DNA of 64,000 nucleotides from Felis catus (lineage: Eukaryota), in the NCBI RefSeq assembly GCF_018350175.1, contig NC_058368.1, forward strand, positions 59,708,001 through 59,772,000. Direction: 5' to 3'. Shown in pieces: positions 13,545-23,275 of this stretch. Positions within the stretch are counted from its first letter, which is position 1, and every line of letters starts with the position of its first letter. The notes under the pieces are model-generated. The model was not told the origin of the DNA and searched no databases. It saw nothing but the letters and a program-made list of their open reading frames with translations. The translations under genes were made by a program, and so were the position numbers.

Positions 13545-14105
13545 AGCACAACACATCACCTTTATTCAAAATATCTAAAACTCATAAGCAACCAATGTCT
13601 TTCAGCAGGTGAATTGCTCAACAAACTTAGTGCATCCACACAATAGGAATATTATTCAGTGAAAAAAGAAATGAGCTACCAAACCACTAAAATGCATGGA
13701 GGAAATTTAATACACGTTAAATACTCTGTAAAGTAGCTTTCTAAACAAGCTAAATACTATTTGATTCGAACCATATGATATTGTAGAAAAGACAAAAGAC
13801 GATGAAAAAACATCAGTGGTTTCCAGTGGCTTGGGGACAAGGCAAGAGGGCTGGTAGGCAGAGAACAGGGCACTTTTAGGGCAGTGACACTGTTCTGTAT
13901 GATACTGTAATGGTGGATGTATGTCTTTATGCATTTATCAAAACCTATGGAACATACAACACAGTGACTCTAGTAGAACTTGCACTTTAGTTACTAATAT
14001 TATATTAACATTAGTTCATAAAGTATAACAAATTACCTCACTGATGCAAATGTTAATAAGGGAAACTGCCTCTGTGTGTGTGTGTGTGTGTGCACGCGCG
14101 CACGC

Positions 14106-14142
<37 letters not shown>

Positions 14143-14236
14143 AGTTGGGGGAAAGGGACATATTATAACTCTCTGTACTCTGCTCATTTTTTTTTGTAAA
14201 TTTGTAAGTATTCTACAAAATAGAGTCTATTAATTT
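13545..14236 (+). mobile_element. Old L1 (L1MC-like) 3' end
   Basis: AGCAACCAATGTCTTTCAGCAGGTGAAT, CAGTGGTTTCCAGTGGCTTGGGG and GATACTGTAATGGTGGAT motifs. Confidence 0.82.
14073..14139. repeat. (TG)n-(CG/CA)-(TG)n alternating purine-pyrimidine tract
   Basis: TGTG..TGCACGCGCGCACGCGCGTGTG..TG read directly. Confidence 0.95.
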
Positions 14237-14255
14237 AAAAATGACCAACATTTCT

Positions 14256-14457
14256 GAGGTGCCTGGGTGGCTCAGTTGGTTAAACGCCAGTTTTGGCTCA
14301 GGTCATGATCACATGGTTCATGGGTTTGAGCCCTACGTCCAGCTCTGTGCTGACAGCTGAGAGCCTGGATCCTGCCTAGAATTCTGTGTCTCCCTCTCTC
14401 TCTGCTCCTTCCCCACTCATGCTCTGTCTCTGTCTCTCAAAAACAAATAAACATTAA
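14256..14457 (+). mobile_element. CAN-SINE, SINEC_Fc-type
   Basis: GAGGTGCCTGGGTGGCTCAG head. TSD AAAAATGACCAACATTTCT at 14237-14255 and 14458-14476. Confidence 0.95.
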
Positions 14458-14764
14458 AAAAATGACCAACATTTCTATAACGTAGGCCACTGGGTAAGCC
14501 AAATAACACACAAAGAAACAAACAACATTATAGTCAAGGGAAAGAGAGTCTTGTGTTATGAAGGAAATATAATGGCTCCTATTTTTCTTCAGAGTATACA
14601 GAGTCATTTATTTGGACCTCAATTACAAAAGCATAATTCCTGCTAAAAGGATTAGGTCATAAAACTCTCTTCACCTCAGTGCACAAGATACTGCATCACA
14701 GAGATGAAGACAGGGAGTTTGATCAAAACTATTACCAGAGCTTTGCTAACAGTTCTACTGGCAC

Positions 14765-14765
<1 letters not shown>

Positions 14766-14799
<34 letters not shown>

Positions 14800-14815
14800 T
14801 TGATGATGACGATGA
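14766..14815. repeat. (GAT)n microsatellite
   Basis: Read directly. Confidence 0.95.
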
Positions 14816-14873
14816 AGATTATATCAACATTAATTTAGCTTTTGGTATATGAAAGGTACTTTATGAACCTATT

Positions 14874-15069
14874 TTCTTTTTTTAATGTTTATTTTTTATC
14901 TTTGAGAGAGAGACCATGAGTGGTAGAAGAGAGGGGGACAGAGGACCCAAAAAAGAATCAGGCTCTGCTGATAGAAGCCAGCCCCATGCAGGGCTCCACC
15001 TCATGAACTGTGAGATCATGACCTGAGCTGAAATCAGTTGCTCAACCAACTGAGCCACCTACTCGTCCC
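14874..15069 (-). mobile_element. CAN-SINE (diverged)
   Basis: T-rich tail with TTTATT, GAGAGA tract, GAGATCATGACCTGAGCTGAA and CTGAGCCACC on the + strand. Confidence 0.85.
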
Positions 15070-16195
15070 TGAGCCTATGTTCATAACTAGTCTCATTTTA
15101 TCCTAACAACTCTGTGATGAAAATCCCTAGATTACAAGGGAATAAAAGAAAAAACAGAACCTGAAAACAAATACTGTTTTTAGAGCCAGAAATTGTAATA
15201 GATATGGTAGTGATCCAGTGTTTTCATTAAACGTAGAGGAAACTATCAGCAGAGTTTGGCAAGAAAATAATAAAAGTATATTTAAAACCTGAATGTTTCT
15301 TAGCCATACTAGAGTAAGAATTTTAATATATACTCTGTAAGAAAAGAATTTTTAATTGATACTGTATTACTACAAACCATAGTATGCTACTTATAATATT
15401 GACTAATAATTTCCTTGTTTCAAAAGGAGCATTTAATATGTATCTATATTTTACTGTGTCCTTTATTTAAATATAGATGAATACTGATAAATATTTCATA
15501 TGGTAATAGTATGCATTGCATATATGCATATTCATTCATCTATAGATGGAAGTACATATATATATATGCACATGCATACCTACATGCATATTTACAAATG
15601 CACAATATTCTGAAATGCTCTAATTCTTATCATGTAATGTTTTAAAGTATTCTCGGTAAATAGCTGCATGATTTAATTATTCTCACTCTAGTTAAGATTC
15701 AGGATCCCAAATTAGGAATATAGTTAAATAATAATCATTATAAATATCGCTTTAGCTTAATTTTCTTAATTCTCTTTGGAATGCTAAGCAGTGCATGAGC
15801 AGAGCAAACCATTTTAACAAACAAAAAATATGATATATATCAAAAACCCATGAGCTAAACCTCAGCTGATTTTTTTTTTCTGATTTTTTTTTTTCTGACT
15901 GTAATAGAAATACTGACTCTCACTTTACGGTGATTTCTAATATATTTAATTATGTATTTTCAAGGTGTAATTGGTGAGAATGGAGGTGAATGTCCTTGAG
16001 TTTTTACTGTCTCTGCACTCATTCCCTAAATAGGTTTGATGGTTGCTTATTATTTTAAATAACATAAGAAAATAAACACTTGTTATAATAATGTTTAGTG
16101 ATCATTGCTTTTACCTAAAATAAAATTCTACCATGTGTGTTTTTGTGTATGTGTGAATGTAGTATACTTATTTGGCAAACTGTATTTGCTTAAGA

Positions 16196-16211
16196 AATAA
16201 TAGTAATAATG

Positions 16212-16242
<31 letters not shown>
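16196..16242. repeat. (AAT)n microsatellite
   Basis: Read directly. Confidence 0.95.
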
Positions 16243-16243
<1 letters not shown>

Positions 16244-19059
16244 CTTACCTATGCACCGATTTCCAGTTTGCTACCAATTACTAACAGCATGTGGTGTACA
16301 TGTTTCTGTTTTAAGTATAATTGTTTAAAATCTCTTTTTAAAATAATAATGGATGCCAAACATTTCAATTAATAATGCAAAATATGATTTTCATCTTCAA
16401 AAAGTAGTTTTTTTAATAGTATAACACTTGCAGCCATCCTTCTTGAATTATAATATATTTTTAATCTCTAGAAAATAACAAAGAAAGTGTTAGCTCTTAG
16501 GGGAACTATATATGCTGATAAATTAGCATCTTCAAACTTTTCAAACAATTGTATATTCCTAAATTATGTCTGCTTCAGAATTATAGCTGCATGTAATAAA
16601 TGTAAAGACAAAATATTAGAACATTTCTAGTTCTAAGATATATCACTTAAATGGGATTTCTGTTCTGTAAATTGAATCAAACCATTTACAGAGTAGTGCT
16701 TTCATACTTTTCCTGATGGATGTGAATGAATTCTTTATCATTGTTGCTATCATACCATTGTAGAGAAATCTAAACAGATAGATACAATTTTCACTAAGAA
16801 CAAGATCAATTTCACTTTTTGGCAGTTTCTAAATTGTGTTTGTCAATTGTTAGTGAAATTATGGAGATAGATGATCACTGGTCCTGACCTTTCATTACTC
16901 CAAGGCCACGGTGTAAAGGAGCAGGTTGCTGCCGTAAAGTTTTCTTGCTTTGTTTCAATTTACAGGATCTCAGGGTTATTTCTCAAAGCACAGAATGAGA
17001 AAACTGTCTGGGAAAGCTTGTGGAATTTCCAGTATTACATTTTAGATATCAAATCTAATTTCTAGATTTTTACAAATCTGTTCCTCCTATTGTACCTGCT
17101 TATAGGTCAGTTTGTTTAATTATGCATCTATATATTCAGATTTTTAAAGTATAACTTTACCTGTCCTTTTAACTTATTACACTTCTTTATTGAATTTACT
17201 TCATTATGTATGAAATTTCCTTCCTGTGCAATATCTAGTTCTGCCCTTTTTTCTTGTAAAGTGTTTCAAGCCTAAATTTGGGGGAAGAAAAGTACTTCCA
17301 GATAAATCAGATCCCCAAATTATTAACTTTCTCTTATGCAGATTTACTTTAAAATCAGGAATTAATGCAAAAAGTAATCGAATGGTGACCCTGAAACAAC
17401 TCTAGACTCTTCTATAAACATCCTTGATTTTGAGTACAGTACAGCTGTAAAACATAACATGTAATGTGATCTCTATTGCTGAAATAAATCCAATATGTAT
17501 GCACTGGTATCATCCAGTTATCTATAGGGTGAAAAAATAAATAAGCTGCTACTTATTTAAAGATTTCGTACATGTGGGCTTACTTCTTAATTTTGAGAGC
17601 AACACATAATCACCATTACCTCTGCCTATCCACAGCACTCCACCTCCCAAACACACACACTCCAAGGAAGCTTGTTTTGAAGAAAATTGTTTATACCTTT
17701 CAATGAATAGTTTATACTCATGAATCACTTACTAGGAGAATTGACGTATCTGCAATGCCAGAATTCTCCATCTACATTGGAAAGGCAGACAAGCTGACTA
17801 TAATTTGAGGTTTGAGGGTTATTGTAAAAGGACACTACTTCTTCCAAAGTATTTTCTCTTTTATGTTGAAATCATCAGTTATTATTTGGACTAAGGTAAT
17901 TCTTATCCCAAGAACTTTCTATTAAATTCAAATAACCCTAGGTAGTATTTATTTGTTTCCATTTATTTTCATCATTGAGACAGATTTAGTATCAGATATT
18001 TTAATATTCACCAGGAATCAAAAGTTCAGTGTTCTAAAGAATGTAACATAGGACCATACTTGAGTGTAATATATACACACAATATTGTATAGATGGCCAT
18101 TTCAATCAAATTCTTTGGGGGCAATGATCCTATTATTATTATTACTAATAATAAATTATTTTAAATACATCATGTGTTTTGTGTTTTGACCTGTTTTGCC
18201 TTGTAAGCTGTAGACTTTTGGAAACCAGATATATCTGCTTTGTTATCATTTCCGTATTTTTTGTTTAATCAGAAATATTAATTTCACTGTTTATCACTTA
18301 ATAAAAATGCATATGTCAAATGATTGGGAAGACTTTTGAAAATTTTCAGTCGATGTTTGTCTTTTATAGATCTGTAGCTATATAGATGCAAAGATTGTTT
18401 TCTGTTTAATTGTCACAATTATTCTTTGATGTTTCCACAACCAAAGAAACCAGAGTATTTTATTCCTCACTCAAAAAATAAAAATAAAAAGCTGAATAAA
18501 GAAAACTATGTTAATGCAATTTGCTTCTCATTGTATTTTAAAAATCTACCATGTGTTTAAAAGAAACAATTGTGTTTTACTCTTTTCAATTTATGCTTCT
18601 AGTTTTTGCTTACATGTAAGTTTTTCTTTCTATTTAGATTTTGTATTCTTATTTTTCCCATCTATCGGTAATGGGAAGCAAAACATATTGTGTGATTTTC
18701 ATAATTTTGTTATGGCTCCTTTACACTATCTTTTAAAAAATGGAGACAAAATTATTTTAAAATGTGGCAAAGGGAAATGGGGACAATATGACAACAGATA
18801 AAGTGAAAGCTGGATGCTTTGTTTGGAAGGACTTTACATATATCACAACACTTGAAGACTATAGTTCATGGCCATTACCAAACCTGAACCTAATATGTAA
18901 TGACATTATGCTATGTTTTCTTTTTGTATCTAGCCTCTTTTGCTCAACATTATATTTAGAAGTTCATTCATATTGTTGCATGTAGTAATAGTGCATTCTG
19001 TTTATTTTATTTTCTTAACATTTCATTTTGAAAGAATTATAAATTCAAAAGAAATTTTA

Positions 19060-19100
19060 TTTTATTTATTTATTTATTTATTTTTTTATATATGAAATTA
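19060..19100 (-). mobile_element. Extremely 5'-truncated L1 insertion (last ~12 nt of the 3'UTR plus A-rich tail)
   Basis: Minus strand reads TAATTTCATATATAAAAAAATAAATAAATAAATAAATAAAA, matching the terminus of the full-length L1 here (AATTTCATATA + A tail). 13-bp TSD AAAAGAAATTTTA at 19047-19059 and 19101-19113. Confidence 0.7.
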
Positions 19101-19156
19101 AAAAGAAATTTTAAAAAGAGTATGATATTGTCTCTTTTAACTCGGTTAAGATTTTT

Positions 19157-19369
19157 TAAAAAAATTTTTTAACGTTTATTTATTTTTGAGACAGAGAGAC
19201 AGAGCATGAACGAGGGAGGGTCAGAAAGAGGGAGACACAGAATCTGAAACAGGCTCCAGGCTCTGAGCTGTCAGCACAGAGCCCGACGCGGGGCTCGAAC
19301 GCACGGACTGCGAGATCATGACCTGAGCCGCAGTCGGCTGCTTAACCGACTGAGCCACCTAGGCGCCCC
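19157..19369 (-). mobile_element. CAN-SINE, SINEC_Fc-type
   Basis: Complete reverse SINE ending CTGAGCCACCTAGGCGCCCC. Imperfect TSD ACTC(G/A)GT(T/G)AAGATTTTT. Confidence 0.95.
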
Positions 19370-19606
19370 ACTCAGTGAAGATTTTTACATTATATGATAT
19401 TGAGGTCCAAATCAATCAGTCATTATATTATATTTATTCATAGACTTATGTGAAACATAAAATCTAAGATTGTGTCAATATTAAAAATCCTCTCAATATA
19501 ACTCAACACAATTCCAAATTCCAAAATTAATGGAAAATAACCATACAATTGTACAGTAAGTTCAGGGAAAAAACATTTATAATGTTATATTAGTTACAAT
19601 TTAGTT

Positions 19607-19832
19607 GTTTTTTTTTTAATTTTTTTTTTCAACGTTTATTTATTTTTGGGACAGAGAGAGACAGAGCATGAACAGGTGAGGGGCAGAGAGAGAGGGAGAC
19701 ACAGAATCGGAAACAGGCTCCAGGCTCTGAGCCATCAGCCCAGAGCCCGACGCGGGGCTCGAACTCACGGACCGCGAGATCGTGACCTGGCTGAAGTCGG
19801 ACGCTTAACCGACTGCGCCACCCAGGCGCCCC
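19607..19832 (-). mobile_element. CAN-SINE, young SINEC_Fc-type
   Basis: Many CpGs retained; ends GACTGCGCCACCCAGGCGCCCC. Perfect TSD AGTTACAATTTAGTT at 19592-19606 and 19833-19847. Confidence 0.96.
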
Positions 19833-21409
19833 AGTTACAATTTAGTTTTTAAGTAAACTTGAAGTAAATGGGAACTTACATTTCAAATACATTTTATTAG
19901 TTAAAATCTCTGGTTAATAAATAATAATCATGAGAAACTTCTTGGATTATCATTAAAGTGGTAGATTTTTACTGTCACTATTACTATATTTTATTCTACT
20001 GTAGTTTTGATTATCTCAATAAATATGGAAATATCTCTTAAAAAATGTTACCTGCTCATGACCAGGGAACTTTGTAAAATAGGAATAAAAGGAAACTTTA
20101 TTTTCTTAGCAAGGCAATAAACACAAGAGATCCAGAACTCTTACATGAAAATATTACTAATTATGACTATAAAAAAAATGAGAATAATTTCAGCAAAAAT
20201 ACCTTAAACTAAAAACAAAGGGACTAACAGGACTAATTTCTATGCTTAACACTTGTTCTGATGTTTTGATTTCTTCAGAGGTTTTTACACATCAATGAGC
20301 AACATTGTTTTAAAATTATGCATCAAGAATTTTACATAAATAAATTTAAGTTACCATCCCATATATTACACAATATTAAATTTGGTAATAATAAATATAA
20401 ATTAAAATAACAATGAGATGTAATTTTAAAAATTTCAAGAGAGCAAAACCAGATAATTTATAATACACGTTGCCTGAGAGATTATGAAGAAGCCTGAATT
20501 CTCATATGCTCTTTGTTGATATTCTGAATTGACACTATAGTTTTTTAATACTTGGGAGTGGGGAGAGTGGCCAATCTTGGCCATTTTTAAAATATGCATT
20601 TGCTATATTTCACCAACAACATCTCTAGGAATTTACCTTATACATATATTGACATGCGAGGGCAAATAATAAATAGTCATGTGCTATTTTTAAAAAAGCA
20701 GTATCTGTTTTTGCAAATATATTTATACTATCAAATGTCTACAAACAACAGTTTGTTCACATTAAAAATGTTGTGTATCATCATGATCCAGTGTATTATA
20801 AACATAGTAAAGCCAGTGAGGAGAAATAAGGATAATTATATGTAATTCACTTATTTTTTAGCAATGTCTAATGATCCCATCAAATTCTCCCCCTTGCTAA
20901 TCCATTAGTTTACTTGTAATCATCTAGTAGTAGACTAATAAATGTTTATAACTAATCAATGCTTTGTTAGAGAGAAGCTAAACTTAATTATCACCTCTAA
21001 GGGTAAAAAGACAATGCTGAAAATCCTTAGGCCTTAAAACCCTCAGTTATATTCAATAGAATATATCTATGTAAATTGGTTTTCTCATGTTTACCACAGT
21101 TATATGATTATATCAATGTCAGTGATCCCAAACTACAGAATCTGCCTAGACAAACATAGGATAAGCTCTGTCAAATGAATAAGCTGAAAATTAGTATCAT
21201 TTCACTTAATGTACCTAGATAAATCCATTTAGATGATTTACTTTGCAAACACACTGCCTTGTTTATTTTTGTGAAATCTGCAAACTATAAGTCATTTGGC
21301 TTGTTAATATGGCTTAACAGCATGGAAACTGCACCATTTTTACTGAAATGTGTATCAATAACATATTGAGCTTTTTTTAAAAAAAGTTTTAATTGAAGGG
21401 TAAAAACAC

Positions 21410-22331
21410 GAAGATGGCGGCTTAGGAGGACGCTGGGCTCACCGCGCGTCCTGCTGATCACTTAGATTCCACCTACACCTGCCTAAATAACCCAGAAAAC
21501 CGCCAGAGGATTAGCAGAACGGAGTCGCCGGAGCCAAACGCAGACGGGAGGCCCACGGAAGAGGGTAGGAAGGGCTGCGAGGCGGTGCGCGCTCCACGGA
21601 CTGGCGGGAGGGAGCCGGGGCGGAGGGGCGGCTCGCCGGCCAAGCAGAGCCCCCGAGTGTGGCTGGCAAAAGCTGAGGGGCCTGACGGACTGTGTTCCGA
21701 CAACAAGCGCGACTTAGCTTCTGGGAAGTCATAAGTTAACAGCTCTGCTCGGAAAGCGGGAAGGCTGGAGGACAAAGGGAGGGAGAGCTGCTGAGCCCCC
21801 TGACGACAGAGCTCAGCTTGGTGGGGAACAAAGGCGCTCGCCAGCGCCATCTCCCCCGCCCATCCCCCAGCCAAAATCCCAAAGAGAACCAGTTCCTGCC
21901 AGGGAACTTGCTCGCTCCTTGCAAACACACAACTCTGGGCTTCTGCGGAGCCACCTCCGGCAGGGCAGCGGATCTGACTCCCTCCCGCTGCCACAGGGCC
22001 CCTCCTGAAGAGGATCACCTAAGGAGAAGCGATCTAAACCTGCCCCTCCTGCCCCCGTGCACCTTGCCTACCCACCCCAGCTAATACGCCAGATCCCCAG
22101 CATCACAAGCCTGGCAGTGTGCAAGTAGCCCAGATGGGCCACACCACCCCACAGTGAATCCCGCCCCTAGGAGAGGGGAAGAGAAGGCACACACCAGTCT
22201 GACTGTGGCCCCAGCGGTGGGCTGGGGGCAGACATCAGGTCTGATTGCGGCCCCACCCACCAACTCCAGTTATACACCACAACACAGGGGAAGTGCCCTG
22301 CAGGTCCTCACCACGCCAGGGACTATCCAAA
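21410..22331 (+). promoter_or_regulatory. L1 5'UTR / internal Pol II promoter, CpG island with YY1 site
   Basis: AAGATGGCGG (YY1 consensus) at 21411-21420. Abrupt switch from very AT-rich flank to GC/CpG-rich sequence exactly at the TSD. Confidence 0.88.
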
Positions 22332-23225
22332 ATGACCAAGCGGAAGAATTCCCCTCAGAAGAATCTCCAGGAAATAACAACAGCTAATGAGCTGATCAAA
22401 AAGGATTTAAATAATATAACAGAAAGTGAATTTAGAATAATACTCATAAAATTAATTGCTGGGCTTGAAAACAGTATACAGGACAGCAGAGAATCTCTTG
22501 CTACAGAGATCAAGGGACTAAGGAACAGTCACGAGGAGCTGAAAAACGCTTTAAACAAAATGCATAACAAAATGGAAACCACCACAGCTCGGCTTGAAGA
22601 GGCAGAGGAGAGAATAGGTGAACTAGAGGATAAAGTTATGGAAAAAGAGGAAGCTGAGAAAAAGAGAGATAAAAAAATCCAGGAGTATGAGGGGAAAATT
22701 AGAGAACTAAGTGATACACTAAAAAGAAATAATATACGCATAATTGGTATCCCCGAGGAGGAAGAGAGAGGGAAAGGTGCTGAAGGGGTACTTGAAGAAA
22801 TAATAGCTGAGAACTTCCCTGAACTGGGGAAGGAAAAAGGCATTGAAATCCAAGAGGCACAGAGAACTCCCTTCAGACGTAACTTGAATCGATCTTCTGC
22901 ACGACATATCATAGTGAAACTGGCAAAATACAAGGATAAAGAGAAAATTCTGAAAGCAGCAAGGGGTAAACGTGCCCTCACATATAAAGGGAGACCTATA
23001 AGACTCGTGACTGATCTCTCTTTTGAAACTTGGCAGGCCAGAAAGAATTGGCACGAGATTTTCAGGGTGCTAGACAGAAAAAATATGCAGCCGAGAATCC
23101 TTTACCCAGCAAGTCTGTCATTTAGAATAGAAGGAGAGATAAAGGTCTTCCCAAACAAGCAAAAACTGAAGGAATTTGTCACCACTAAGCCAGCCCTACA
23201 AGAGATCCTAAGGGGGACCCTGTGA
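22332..23225 (+). CDS. L1 ORF1p (RNA-binding nucleic-acid chaperone: coiled coil, RRM, CTD), 297 aa from ATG MTKRKN
   Basis: Uninterrupted frame. E/K-rich coiled coil, [16 protein letters not shown] RRM start ([15 protein letters not shown]), and C-terminal ARK and YPASLS motifs matching human ARR and YPAKLS. The ORF track starts 29 codons upstream at a non-ATG codon; the first ATG is at 22332. Confidence 0.96.
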   Translation: MTKRKNSPQKNLQEITTANELIKKDLNNITESEFRIILIKLIAGLENSIQDSRESLATEIKGLRNSHEELKNALNKMHNKMETTTARLEEAEERIGELEDKVMEKEEAEKKRDKKIQEYEGKIRELSDTLKRNNIRIIGIPEEEERGKGAEGVLEEIIAENFPELGKEKGIEIQEAQRTPFRRNLNRSSARHIIVKLAKYKDKEKILKAARGKRALTYKGRPIRLVTDLSFETWQARKNWHEIFRVLDRKNMQPRILYPASLSFRIEGEIKVFPNKQKLKEFVTTKPALQEILRGTL

Positions 23226-23275
23226 GACAAAGTCCCAGAGACATCATTACAAGCATAAAACATACAGACATCACA

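Noticed and set aside
19646..19852. Arg-rich ORF MGQRETEHEQ..., and the similar ORF at 54401-54664
   Set aside because: Antisense translation of CAN-SINEs, a known source of spurious predicted peptides.
22245..22331. N-terminal 29-aa extension of ORF1 in the ORF track
   Set aside because: It starts at a non-ATG codon inside the 5'UTR. The L1-like start is ATG 22332 (MTKRKN).
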